A DNA stretch of 64,000 bases from a virus. The DNA lies in the IMG/VR virus record IMGVR_UViG_3300028837_001734, positions 26,161-90,160 of that record. One strand, 5' to 3'. Below are positions 34,698 to 44,297 of the stretch, piece after piece. The notes beneath the pieces were generated by a model. It was not told the DNA's origin, did not search any database, and saw nothing but the letters and a program-made list of their open reading frames with translations. Numbering within the stretch: position 1 is the first letter of the stretch; each line of letters begins with the position of its first letter. The translations under genes were made by a program, and so were the position numbers.

Positions 34698-37136
34698 CTA
34701 ATCTACATAACGAGGGAAATACATACCATGAGCATTAAAAGTAACATCCACATAATGTACTTCTGCGTTATCTCCAAGAAAACGAATTCTTAATCTATGT
34801 GCCACATATTCAGCAAATCTTGATCCATACAAACTTCGCATCGACCAATACCAGAATTTTCCAAGCCCAAAATTAATACATCTGTTACCGGTAACACGTA
34901 GAATTTCCCCACTAGAGATATCCCAAACAGTAGCTGTTACTATTGTCGGATTATTAGTAAATTTAGCACGAATAAATGGAAGACCATACCAGCCCCAGAC
35001 ACGTATATAACGATCAATGGGTATCCCAGTGGGCATAGTATCATTAGTTTGTAAAGCCAGATATCTAGCTTCATGCTCAGTGGGAGAACCTGATAATTGG
35101 ACTACTACACCAGACTCACTACCATCTAAGTGAGATTGTTGAATATGATCAGTACTAGCATTAATATCGCTCCAGTATAAACGACTAGCGATAGGATCAA
35201 TAACAATCCCAAATGGATCAACTAAACCGTTATCTGAAGATACAACAACTTGACAATCAGTCCCATCTTGATTAAACTTAGCTATTTCATCATTAGTTTG
35301 ATCTACTGCAAATAATGATTTTTCCCATATTCCATAATATTTTTGCGGCAACGTGTTAATAGCCAAATGGTCAAGTTTCTGCACTGGTTGTTGATATTCT
35401 AATAAACCAAAAGACCATTTCTTCACATTAGTATCAGGAGATGGTTTATTTTTACCATTAGTTTGTAATGCTAAGATAGCCGATGGACTAATGGCAATAG
35501 CTGGAGTATTATGATCATAAAGACCAGAACACGCATATCGAACACATTCATCAGTCAGCGAGATATCAATACCATCAATAGAAGCAACTCTGTATTTGGA
35601 ATAATGTAACGTTGTAGGAACAGTTCTTGAATGATAGTACCCAATATAAACTTGTTCATCAAATAACTTACTAATATGCAAATGTGTTGTATTCCAGTTT
35701 GGTGTACCCTGTCCAAGGCTCACCTCAACAGCAGAACCTATCTGAAAAATTTCAGCACCATTAACTTCTATAACTTGTACAACACAATTATCACCAGTAG
35801 CAATATAGGCAGCCAACACTTTATTATTACCAGCATATACTAAACGAGAATGATATGTCCAAGAATTAGCATCAAGACTAAGTTCCATACCATCAAAGGA
35901 GTCTATAGTATCCTTGACAACAATAGTATCATCATCATAATCCATTTCTAGAAGTCTAATTTTTTTATCGGTAGTCAATAATAAAGCTCTTCTGTCATCA
36001 ATGCGTATAACATCAACAGAGTAAAATCCACTCGCAATAGTATGCGCAGTACCACTAGTCATTGTTTCGCCATCAATAGACATAATACAAGCTTTACCAT
36101 AATCGGCCATTAGTATATGCCCAGTTGGAGAACCAGTTCCAAAAATATCTAAATTAGTACATCTAAGATGTCTCCATGATTTTAAAAAGAGACCAGAAAC
36201 AACTGTATATCCAGAACTAGATGCATCAATAGATACCAAGTTAACACTTCCTTCGTTAACTTGCCCGCCATCTGCATATCCAAAAACATAACCTGATTGT
36301 ATTGATTCATCCCACGTTAATGGTACAAGATCAGCTTTATTTTGATTACACATAGGAACACCCATGTCTCCCCATGCAATAGTAGTATTTTCATCTACTT
36401 CATCTACTGGATCACTTAAATTACCTATCCTACCATAATAATCCTGATATACTACAGTTGAATTACCAAGCATACAAAATGTAATACTCCCACCGTGCGT
36501 AGTTTGTGTAAATCCTGATACCTCAGTGGTAAACTCAAAACCAGAAACAGCAGGATCATCACCTGCACTTATAACTGTTATAGTTTCTTGTCCAGTCCCA
36601 TCTAAATTAGCGCAAATTAATGTTCCATCACCAGATCCATTAAAATACATCTTTTTATCAGATGGTTTATGTGTTCCGCTATAATCAATATCGATAGCTA
36701 AAAACGGTAAATCATAATTAACAGCCGTAACTATCCCAGATTTATTGTCACCATCAACATCACATCGCCAAATCTCATATTTCCCTGATACCTTAGTCGT
36801 ATAATACAACTCAGCACCATTTTCTACATAAAATTCATTCTGGTCGATCGCTATAGCTAAAGCTAATGGATTAGTTAAACCACTAACAATAGTAGTTTCA
36901 TTATCCCCATTTAAATCAGCCTTTTTAATAGTTCCGCTAGCATGCTCAATCCAAAAGACTTTTTCCAATCTATCACGATAAAAATTAGGTATTGTATCAA
37001 TAACAACACCTCCATAAAGATTAGTGCCAGACACAGAAGCAATGGTCTCATGAACTCCGTCAGGAAGGCCCTTTCTAGTAACTGGATAACCAAATTTTTG
37101 TGACCAATAAATATAATCTTTATTAGCTACTGCCAT
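34698..37136 (-). CDS. Modular virion protein: split YWTD propeller with nested propeller and shared C-terminal domain
   Basis: YWSQ/VFWIE/ADLNG blades N-terminally and LYWSD/SHLDGS blades C-terminally, around a central module homologous to 32175-34325. Confidence 0.7.
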   Translation of the reverse strand: MAVANKDYIYWSQKFGYPVTRKGLPDGVHETIASVSGTNLYGGVVIDTIPNFYRDRLEKVFWIEHASGTIKKADLNGDNETTIVSGLTNPLALAIAIDQNEFYVENGAELYYTTKVSGKYEIWRCDVDGDNKSGIVTAVNYDLPFLAIDIDYSGTHKPSDKKMYFNGSGDGTLICANLDGTGQETITVISAGDDPAVSGFEFTTEVSGFTQTTHGGSITFCMLGNSTVVYQDYYGRIGNLSDPVDEVDENTTIAWGDMGVPMCNQNKADLVPLTWDESIQSGYVFGYADGGQVNEGSVNLVSIDASSSGYTVVSGLFLKSWRHLRCTNLDIFGTGSPTGHILMADYGKACIMSIDGETMTSGTAHTIASGFYSVDVIRIDDRRALLLTTDKKIRLLEMDYDDDTIVVKDTIDSFDGMELSLDANSWTYHSRLVYAGNNKVLAAYIATGDNCVVQVIEVNGAEIFQIGSAVEVSLGQGTPNWNTTHLHISKLFDEQVYIGYYHSRTVPTTLHYSKYRVASIDGIDISLTDECVRYACSGLYDHNTPAIAISPSAILALQTNGKNKPSPDTNVKKWSFGLLEYQQPVQKLDHLAINTLPQKYYGIWEKSLFAVDQTNDEIAKFNQDGTDCQVVVSSDNGLVDPFGIVIDPIASRLYWSDINASTDHIQQSHLDGSESGVVVQLSGSPTEHEARYLALQTNDTMPTGIPIDRYIRVWGWYGLPFIRAKFTNNPTIVTATVWDISSGEILRVTGNRCINFGLGKFWYWSMRSLYGSRFAEYVAHRLRIRFLGDNAEVHYVDVTFNAHGMYFPRYVD

Positions 37137-37145
37137 TCTTCCTCC

Positions 37146-37481
37146 TTACCCAACCAAAACAAAATTACGTATTTCTGTAAAAATTTGTATATACGCTATT
37201 TCATCTGTATCTGATTTCATTCGACAAAGAAAACGATATTTACCATTTTGGAAATCTGGTAAATATTTCATTTTCCATCCCCAATATTCATCCGGCATTT
37301 GAAAGCAATATTCATAATCTAAATCAATTAATACTTCGGTATCCATATTCCAGATGGTTATCTCAACTTCATCTGGATTATCATCAAACTTAGCATATAT
37401 AATCGGATCTGTTAAAGGAATGCCTAATCTAACATGATACATCTTTTGAAAATCGACACCAGTCGGCATAGATTCTGCCAT
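37146..37481 (-). CDS. Stand-alone copy of shared ~100-aa virion domain
   Basis: 'MPTG' ... 'PIIYAKF...P..VEITIW...C.....YWGW'. Confidence 0.65.
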   Translation of the reverse strand: MAESMPTGVDFQKMYHVRLGIPLTDPIIYAKFDDNPDEVEITIWNMDTEVLIDLDYEYCFQMPDEYWGWKMKYLPDFQNGKYRFLCRMKSDTDEIAYIQIFTEIRNFVLVG

Positions 37482-37490
37482 AATTCCTCC

Positions 37491-37874
37491 TTAACACAAA
37501 GATATTAATTTTGCTACAAAAGAAGAATCCATGAAAAATTTTCTAAATTCTTCCTCAGTATAACGAATAGCCACGGCAACATCACGAATTCTTAAAGGAA
37601 AATGAATATGTCTCAATCGTTTTGTAACAGTGGATGTATTCACACCAAGTAATCTTGCCACCTGAGAATTAGAAAGTCCCAAATTGTAAAGCTTAATAAA
37701 AATAGAATCAGGAAATATTTTATTAGCCTCTGATCTATCTCTTATCTTAACCCCAAGATTTTTCAACCGATGATACATAGTTGTTTCACTGCATCCGTCC
37801 ATAATAGCAATTGCAGCACAACTCTGAAATTTATCTTGGTATAAATCGATAATATCTTGATCCTGTAGCGACAT
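37491..37874 (-). CDS. Tandem helix-turn-helix DNA-binding protein
   Basis: Two HTH units (SCAAIAIMDGCSETTMYHRLK; SNSQVARLLGVNTSTVTKRLR). Confidence 0.75.
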   Translation of the reverse strand: MSLQDQDIIDLYQDKFQSCAAIAIMDGCSETTMYHRLKNLGVKIRDRSEANKIFPDSIFIKLYNLGLSNSQVARLLGVNTSTVTKRLRHIHFPLRIRDVAVAIRYTEEEFRKFFMDSSFVAKLISLC

Positions 37875-37915
37875 ATATTCTTCTCCAAGAAAAGATCTTT
37901 CACTAGCTATTTGAT

Positions 37916-37922
37916 TATACAC
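37916..37922 (-). promoter_or_regulatory. Phage promoter motif GTGTATAA
   Basis: CTGGTGTATAATC directly after the capsid terminator. Confidence 0.65.
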
Positions 37923-37927
37923 CAGAT

Positions 37928-37959
37928 AAAAAAAAGAGCGGAGACTAACGTCCCCGCCC
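37928..37959 (-). terminator. Terminator after major capsid gene
   Basis: GGGCGGGGAC-GTTA-GTCTCCGCTC followed by T8. Confidence 0.85.
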
Positions 37960-37987
37960 TAATAGTTGTTAAAATATGAATTCTTTT

Positions 37988-39013
37988 TTAGAAGCTACCT
38001 AAAAGAATTCTGCGACCATCTAAAGCAGCAAAACCATGTTCTTGCCAGCCATAGAAACCAGCCCTCATGCGCCTGTGAAGATTATCATCCTCGAAGATCT
38101 CAAGCTGTTGTTTAATAGGCATAACAAACGAATCACCATGAGACAAGTCAAGACCAACGACAATTTCCTCGTCACTTGTGCCCATACTCAGAGACAGACC
38201 TGCAAAATAAGTCTGCAACTCTTGACCGACACCAAGCTCATCTAATGGATGTAAATTAACACCATAAATACGAGCCATTGGGCCACCACCGTCACCAGCG
38301 GTAAAAATTTCCCGACGAGTTAAATCATCTACCTCATCAGAATCCCACTCACGAATATCCTCAAGAGCCTCAGGACTAATATATAGATCAGTCAATTTGC
38401 CACGATTAGCAGACGCACTGTTTCCACCTGCTAGACGAGTCATAGTCGTCTTCATCAGAGATACAAGGCGCTTAGTAAATTGACCAGCAACAGCAGCACT
38501 GTCATAAACGAGTGGAGCACCACCACTATAATCAGTACGACCAGCACCAGCAGCAATAATAACTCTCCAGCCATCTGTATTCATCTTTGTGACAAAGCCA
38601 GCCTCAAGAACTTCCATAGCACGTGCAACAATATTCCACCGTGCAGATCTAGAATACTTAAGTGGCCAGTCTATTGCGTTACCAACATCATAAGTGCTGA
38701 CAGTCACCGCATCACCAGTGACATTACGCAACGGAAGAGCACCTTCACTTGGGATCATATAAGCCGCATAATCCCCTTCTTGTGCAACCTGATAAAGATC
38801 CAATGGATATTCAGCAGTTGCATCTGGAGCAAGTGGTTCCGGGGTGAAGATGCCACCCAAGATATCCCCACTTAACAAAGCTGAACGTAGAGGTATCTGC
38901 AGAGCTTGAGCCAAAGCATGCATAGCCTGCATAGCTTCTACTTTATTTGGAGAACCAGTCCTACGTAATAGTTCCATTTGTTCAGCAGTCGGTTGTGTAA
39001 TCTTACGCTTCAT
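37988..39013 (-). CDS. Major capsid protein (probable HK97 fold)
   Basis: 341 aa after protease/scaffold and decoration genes; 'LTDLYISPEALEDIR', 'G.YGW.E.GF..LD'; followed by strong terminator. Confidence 0.85.
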   Translation of the reverse strand: MKRKITQPTAEQMELLRRTGSPNKVEAMQAMHALAQALQIPLRSALLSGDILGGIFTPEPLAPDATAEYPLDLYQVAQEGDYAAYMIPSEGALPLRNVTGDAVTVSTYDVGNAIDWPLKYSRSARWNIVARAMEVLEAGFVTKMNTDGWRVIIAAGAGRTDYSGGAPLVYDSAAVAGQFTKRLVSLMKTTMTRLAGGNSASANRGKLTDLYISPEALEDIREWDSDEVDDLTRREIFTAGDGGGPMARIYGVNLHPLDELGVGQELQTYFAGLSLSMGTSDEEIVVGLDLSHGDSFVMPIKQQLEIFEDDNLHRRMRAGFYGWQEHGFAALDGRRILLGSF

Positions 39014-39028
39014 TCTTCTTCACCCCCT

Positions 39029-39532
39029 TTACAGATCAATAGAGACCCGTGCATAACCATTAGCATCAACTTCAGACTCAAAACGACCAACCACAGGTGT
39101 AGTTGTCCCACCAAACGAGCCAGATGTCGTACTAATTAACCCACTCGATCCTAAATACGCGATACCCCCAACAACAGGAGTACCTGTAACAAAGTCCGTA
39201 ACAACAAACCCTTTCTTAATCAGCGTCACCTTATCTCCAGGACGCTTTTCGCCACTTTCATAATTCGGGAAATCCCGAGTTGTACTCATAGCGGCATTAA
39301 CAGGTTGTATAAGCACACCTTTTGGAACAGCGCCAGATGCCGAAGCAACATATGCCACGATATTAGGGTCTGAGGTGATATCCACACCCATAGCAGCACC
39401 AGAACCATAAGTTCCAGTAGCCTCTAAACTAGCTACCCCACCAACAGCAGCAGTTGCTAAAGCTGTAGTTGTTGTCCAAAAGTTAGTGATATCTGTAGTT
39501 TCATTATACTCTCGATCCGGTTTTAAAGCCAT
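39029..39532 (-). CDS. Head decoration/cement protein
   Basis: 167 aa, Gly/Thr-rich, between scaffold and MCP. Confidence 0.7.
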   Translation of the reverse strand: MALKPDREYNETTDITNFWTTTTALATAAVGGVASLEATGTYGSGAAMGVDITSDPNIVAYVASASGAVPKGVLIQPVNAAMSTTRDFPNYESGEKRPGDKVTLIKKGFVVTDFVTGTPVVGGIAYLGSSGLISTTSGSFGGTTTPVVGRFESEVDANGYARVSIDL

Positions 39533-39534
39533 CC

Positions 39535-41001
39535 CTATTCACCCCCTTCATCTTTCTCTTGTACACCACATAGCGATTTCGCCATAGACAAATATGCGTC
39601 AGCGTCCGACTTCTCAACCTCTTGAGCATTAAAATCGGCACCCTTTTCCTCTTCCACATCATTCAGAGCAGCTTCAGCCTGCTCACCATCATCTTCCTTA
39701 GGTTTCTCATCATTCTCTGGCTCAGCATCCTCAGCTTTGGTTTCACCAGCATATTTCAGAACTACCGCGAAGGTTTCATCAGTCATCTCGCAAAGTTCAG
39801 CCAGAGTAGCTTCCTCATCAGTAATAGATTTAACCTCAGCAAGTTGTGCCAGTCTTTCACGAGCAACCTCTTTCTTGCTAATCTCAGCCAAATCCGCTTC
39901 ACTTTTCTCAGCTCTCTTTGTAACTTCATCGAGTTTCTTTTGAAGCTCAACCTTCTCAGCTTCTGTAGCTTCCACCTTTTGAGACGTTTCCTCCATAGTA
40001 ACAACCATCTCATCAATTTTGCTAGTTAATTCAGCGATCTGTCCATCCAAATTTTTACCTTCGAATTCCTTAACCGTAGCTTGTAACGACACAACTTCAG
40101 CTTCTTTCTCTTTTAAAGCAGATTGTGCAGTCTCAAGCTGATCACGCAATTCTTGCATTTGTTTCTCGTCCACGTCTTCTACACCCCCTTCCGGCAGTTC
40201 ACTTAATTCCACAGTTTCAAACCCACCACTAGCAGCCCAACAATCAGCCGCAACCTTAATAACAGATTCAGGATTGGCAGGTGTTTCCACAAAACCTTGT
40301 GCACCAAAAATAATATCTTTTAATACTCTACCAATCTTATATCCCTGATATTTTCCCTCACCACCATATATCTTTAGATGTTTAGTCAAAAAAGCAGTAG
40401 CTTCTGTTCTCTCTATTACCTTAGTCATACCAGTTTCTGGATCAATAATCGCATATCCAAAATCAGGAAACCAAGCTTCCATTGAGACAAACATTTCACC
40501 TGCATTAGCCTTTTCAATAATCTCATCTATTCTTTCAGCTAATTGCGGTAAAGCTTTATAGAGAACACCAGCAACTTCTATATCAAATTCCTCAGGAGGC
40601 TGTTCACTATCATCCAAGACAATTAAATCACCAGTTTTATCTAAAACACGACTCTGAACAATATGTCCAAGTATCCTATCAGAAACATGATTATCGTTCA
40701 TTGGTTTATGAGTAGGAGTATCTTTAGCTTTCCAAACTTCGGCAGGTGTAAAAACATCATCATTTAGATTCCAACCTGTACTAACTAAAATAGCTACTAC
40801 TAAAGCTAAATCTGGCTGTATTTGGCCAAGCAATTCCTCAACAGTCTGTACAGTATCAGTTTCTTTAATTAAATCAGATACCGACATTCCATCGAAATAT
40901 TTTTTAATATCACGAACCTGTACTTTTGCGGTAACAAGGGCAGATGAACTACCGGTCTGAAAATTAATACCAGCATCTTCTTCAGCAGAATATCTACGCA
41001 T
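39535..41001 (-). CDS. Prohead protease fused to coiled-coil scaffold
   Basis: 'GWNLNDD.F', 'H...ILGH', 'VSMEA', 'G.V..PANP.S'; long acidic coiled-coil C-terminus; GGAGG RBS. Confidence 0.8.
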   Translation of the reverse strand: MRRYSAEEDAGINFQTGSSSALVTAKVQVRDIKKYFDGMSVSDLIKETDTVQTVEELLGQIQPDLALVVAILVSTGWNLNDDVFTPAEVWKAKDTPTHKPMNDNHVSDRILGHIVQSRVLDKTGDLIVLDDSEQPPEEFDIEVAGVLYKALPQLAERIDEIIEKANAGEMFVSMEAWFPDFGYAIIDPETGMTKVIERTEATAFLTKHLKIYGGEGKYQGYKIGRVLKDIIFGAQGFVETPANPESVIKVAADCWAASGGFETVELSELPEGGVEDVDEKQMQELRDQLETAQSALKEKEAEVVSLQATVKEFEGKNLDGQIAELTSKIDEMVVTMEETSQKVEATEAEKVELQKKLDEVTKRAEKSEADLAEISKKEVARERLAQLAEVKSITDEEATLAELCEMTDETFAVVLKYAGETKAEDAEPENDEKPKEDDGEQAEAALNDVEEEKGADFNAQEVEKSDADAYLSMAKSLCGVQEKDEGGE

Positions 41002-41021
41002 GATACCTCCCATCATTTATT

Positions 41022-41028
41022 TATACAC
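41022..41028 (-). promoter_or_regulatory. Phage promoter motif GTGTATAA
   Basis: TTTGTGTATAAAT upstream of the protease-capsid operon. Confidence 0.65.
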
Positions 41029-41091
41029 AAACATCAATAAAAAGTACACTCAAATAAAGACTTTTCATAAGCAAGGCAGCAAAAATAAAAG

Positions 41092-41409
41092 TTATTCACC
41101 CTTACGTCGCTTTAAAAAATCAATTACATCTGCTTTAGCTTGATTATCATCGTGAATTTGCTTAGATGCCATCCCGTTTTCATTAAGTTCTGCAACCGTC
41201 TCCTGTGGCGCAGGGAGATAGAATTGTCGCCTTTCCTGCATACCATTAACATCCGTAGATTCGATAGTGTAAGCAAATCTTACAACTTCCTCTCCATCAG
41301 AATATTTATATTTTTCAATACTAACATCAGTCACAGATACTAACATACCATTAACTGTCAAAACCACTTGCCTACTATCTGTGTCTAGCGATACATTTAC
41401 CATTGCCAT
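41092..41409 (-). CDS. Hypothetical protein
   Basis: GGAGG RBS; 105 aa. Confidence 0.65.
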   Translation of the reverse strand: MAMVNVSLDTDSRQVVLTVNGMLVSVTDVSIEKYKYSDGEEVVRFAYTIESTDVNGMQERRQFYLPAPQETVAELNENGMASKQIHDDNQAKADVIDFLKRRKGE

Positions 41410-41422
41410 AACAAAACCTCCA

Positions 41423-42091
41423 TTAAGATCCAAATAAATCTTTATTCACAAATAAGTGGCAAGGCCAATCATTTTGTTCCTCAACCACTACAAAAAACTC
41501 AGACATTCTTGCAACCATATCAATAGTTTTAGATTGTGGATATATTCTGTCTCCATGAAATGATACACAAAGTTGACCTAATTTAGTTCTTAAAGACGGC
41601 TTAGATAAAACTTCTTCAAGAATACCTAGTTCACCACCTTCACAATTTAGAAATAAAAGATCAATACGATCATGGTCATTTTCTGTCAATATTGTCTCCA
41701 AACTTACTGATCTGACTTTACTAATTCTACGTAAATGACGGCCTTCTAATTGATGACGAGGATAAACACTATTAGAAGAATGTTCAATAAATTCAAAAAA
41801 TTCCACTTCACCATCTTTACCAGTAACAGCAGCACGACTAGCAGTAATAGGCAATCCAGATTTTTTAGCAACTTCAATCATGCTGACACTATTCTCAAGT
41901 CCTGCTTCATAAACTATCATATACAGTTTATTATTAAATCGACAACACAATTTAACGCCATGCGCACAACGTATTGATCCAACTTCTACAATCACAGGTT
42001 TATTAGGTAATATATTTTTAGCAAAATACATATAAGTATCACATCTATCAAATTCTAATGATAAACCATCTTTCTGTGTATTAACTAACAT
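41423..42091 (-). CDS. FkbM-family SAM-dependent methyltransferase
   Basis: 'IVEVGS', 'AAVTGKDG', 'V.SVSLETIL...IDLLFLNCEGGE..IL', 'QLCVSFH'. Confidence 0.8.
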   Translation of the reverse strand: MLVNTQKDGLSLEFDRCDTYMYFAKNILPNKPVIVEVGSIRCAHGVKLCCRFNNKLYMIVYEAGLENSVSMIEVAKKSGLPITASRAAVTGKDGEVEFFEFIEHSSNSVYPRHQLEGRHLRRISKVRSVSLETILTENDHDRIDLLFLNCEGGELGILEEVLSKPSLRTKLGQLCVSFHGDRIYPQSKTIDMVARMSEFFVVVEEQNDWPCHLFVNKDLFGS

Positions 42092-42136
42092 ATAAGTTCA
42101 ATCCAAAATAATACCACTATATCCAAATCACATTTA

Positions 42137-44236
42137 TTAACCGATAGGCAAAACAGTACCCCATGCGATAGAAGTTAACATCCTACGTTCTTTAAAATTT
42201 GGCTCTCTTTGAGTTGACGTAGCAAAATCAGTAACCAAAACACGAAAACACACTTCCATCCTATGAGCACGTTGTCCCACTGCGTTTAACCTCGTAGTTA
42301 TTAACTCCTTTGTAACAACATCTCCTGGATTTATTACAGATAATATACCACGCTTAATTCCCTCTAATTCAGTCTTTTGTTTCCTAGTTAAAGATCTCAT
42401 ATTTTTCACACCTTTCGATTGGAGAAAAGGTGTATCTATTATTTCATCAATAGTATCAAGATATCCTTGTGCAACGACTTGCAAGACAGACAAAGTAGGA
42501 TCAGTACGTTCATCACGAGGTTTAGTGTCAACAGTATTAGGAGGTCGACCAGATGGATTATCACCTTCATCTCGTGGTTGATCACCTGACGGATTATCTC
42601 CACCACCCTTGTCTACTGACATACCTTGTTTAGCTTCTTCTAGTTCTATAGCTAATTCAGTTTGTTTCTCCATAGTAGATATAGGACGATAATATGGATT
42701 AGCCCGTTCAAGCACACCAGGGTTCTCTTCTCTAACTTGTTGTTCTTCTTTCATACGTTCAAGCTCTATCATATAATTAACACCAAATACCTCTGTGGCT
42801 TTTTCTGCAGAAATAATACCACGATCAAGTAATTGGATAATCAACTGTTTTTCAGCAGCTTCATCACGTAGAGACATGATACCAAAATTAATAGATGGAA
42901 TTTTCTTAAATCCCATCGCATCAGCGACCATTCTCAGTTCATTTTCCATCCATCGAATTGCTCTACCACGAACATATTCCAATCGCTCAACCAGAGTCTT
43001 TAATTGAACGAAAGCAGTAGCAGGATTTCTTGTACTAAGATCACTGCCACCTATCAATGAATCAGGAATACCAATACCTCTAACAATATCAGCATTGACC
43101 GAATAATATTTTTCATTACCAAGAATCTTATCTGTAGGGGGATATTCGACTTTAAGATCAATCATATCATCCCATACAAGATCCATCACACCACCGCCTA
43201 CATTGTGTTGCAAAATATCAATTAATTTATCAACAGCGGCAGATGTGGGCAAAATTTGTTGATCAGAGTTACCAAGTTTCCACAATCTAATGACATTAAT
43301 AACACCATCTAATGCAGCTATATCCGCCAGTCTCATTTTTTCTTTCAACATAACGTCTTCTAAAACACCATACAAAAATGGAGTACCCCAATCCTCCCAA
43401 TCATCCTTTTTATAATAATCGACATACATTTTATCCATTTCTAGTGATACTAATTTCTTCCCATCTTTAGCAGCTAGAACAACTTCTCTAGGTAATTTAG
43501 CTACAAAGTCTTTTTCTGCTGTAGTCCTAGGACTGTTAATAGAATTGCATAATTCTGGTGGAATTCTCATACCTAATGTATCAGCACCAAAAAACCTTCC
43601 CACTTCACCACCAAGCTTTTCTATCACCACAGGAGAAAGAAATGTATATTTCCATGGTATTTCCCGTTTCCTTACTTTTGATTTCTTGGTAGAAATTTTT
43701 TCAGATTTTTCCTCACCAGGTGGATCAACTACATTTTGCAATCCAGGAACTTCTCCCTTAGCCATCTCTTTAACTACAGGCTTACTAATAAAAGCCATTT
43801 TCCTACGAACAATAACGTTGGCATCTCTCATAAGCAACTTCATAAAATCATGAGCACGCCCATCTAAATTTACTCGTCTGGCCCATTCCTTATAAAAACG
43901 TTGTTGACTTTTAATAGGATGCTGTAGTTCAAGACCTTCTGCAGCAAAATCCGTCATTATGTCAAGAATATTTCTTACCACGCCAACTTTTCGATAAATA
44001 GCCTGACACGCTAAAATAATATCCTTATGGTCAGTAGGGAGTTTGTCATTTGATCTTTGGGTATAATAATCGTGCCTATTATGACCAGCACGTAAATTAA
44101 TTGTTTCAGCAACTGTATGATGACTAACACCATGTGTAGCATGACATATGGTAGGTAAGGTATGATTAGCAATATTGTCTCCACCTTTTGTATACAATGT
44201 ATCTTTATTTATTCTTCTCCTAGTTGTCTTGGCCAT
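42137..44236 (-). CDS. Portal protein
   Basis: 699 aa between TerL and protease; 'GVVRNILD.M.DF', 'YYKKDDWEDW..P', low-complexity C-terminal tail with GRP. Confidence 0.85.
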   Translation of the reverse strand: MAKTTRRRINKDTLYTKGGDNIANHTLPTICHATHGVSHHTVAETINLRAGHNRHDYYTQRSNDKLPTDHKDIILACQAIYRKVGVVRNILDIMTDFAAEGLELQHPIKSQQRFYKEWARRVNLDGRAHDFMKLLMRDANVIVRRKMAFISKPVVKEMAKGEVPGLQNVVDPPGEEKSEKISTKKSKVRKREIPWKYTFLSPVVIEKLGGEVGRFFGADTLGMRIPPELCNSINSPRTTAEKDFVAKLPREVVLAAKDGKKLVSLEMDKMYVDYYKKDDWEDWGTPFLYGVLEDVMLKEKMRLADIAALDGVINVIRLWKLGNSDQQILPTSAAVDKLIDILQHNVGGGVMDLVWDDMIDLKVEYPPTDKILGNEKYYSVNADIVRGIGIPDSLIGGSDLSTRNPATAFVQLKTLVERLEYVRGRAIRWMENELRMVADAMGFKKIPSINFGIMSLRDEAAEKQLIIQLLDRGIISAEKATEVFGVNYMIELERMKEEQQVREENPGVLERANPYYRPISTMEKQTELAIELEEAKQGMSVDKGGGDNPSGDQPRDEGDNPSGRPPNTVDTKPRDERTDPTLSVLQVVAQGYLDTIDEIIDTPFLQSKGVKNMRSLTRKQKTELEGIKRGILSVINPGDVVTKELITTRLNAVGQRAHRMEVCFRVLVTDFATSTQREPNFKERRMLTSIAWGTVLPIG

Positions 44237-44282
44237 ACCTACCCCCTTAGTTGAATCACAATGGCATTACAATCCAACCATT

Positions 44283-44289
44283 TATACAC
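44283..44289 (-). promoter_or_regulatory. Phage promoter motif GTGTATAA
   Basis: ATGGTGTATAAAT upstream of portal. Confidence 0.65.
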
Positions 44290-44297
44290 CATATAAA

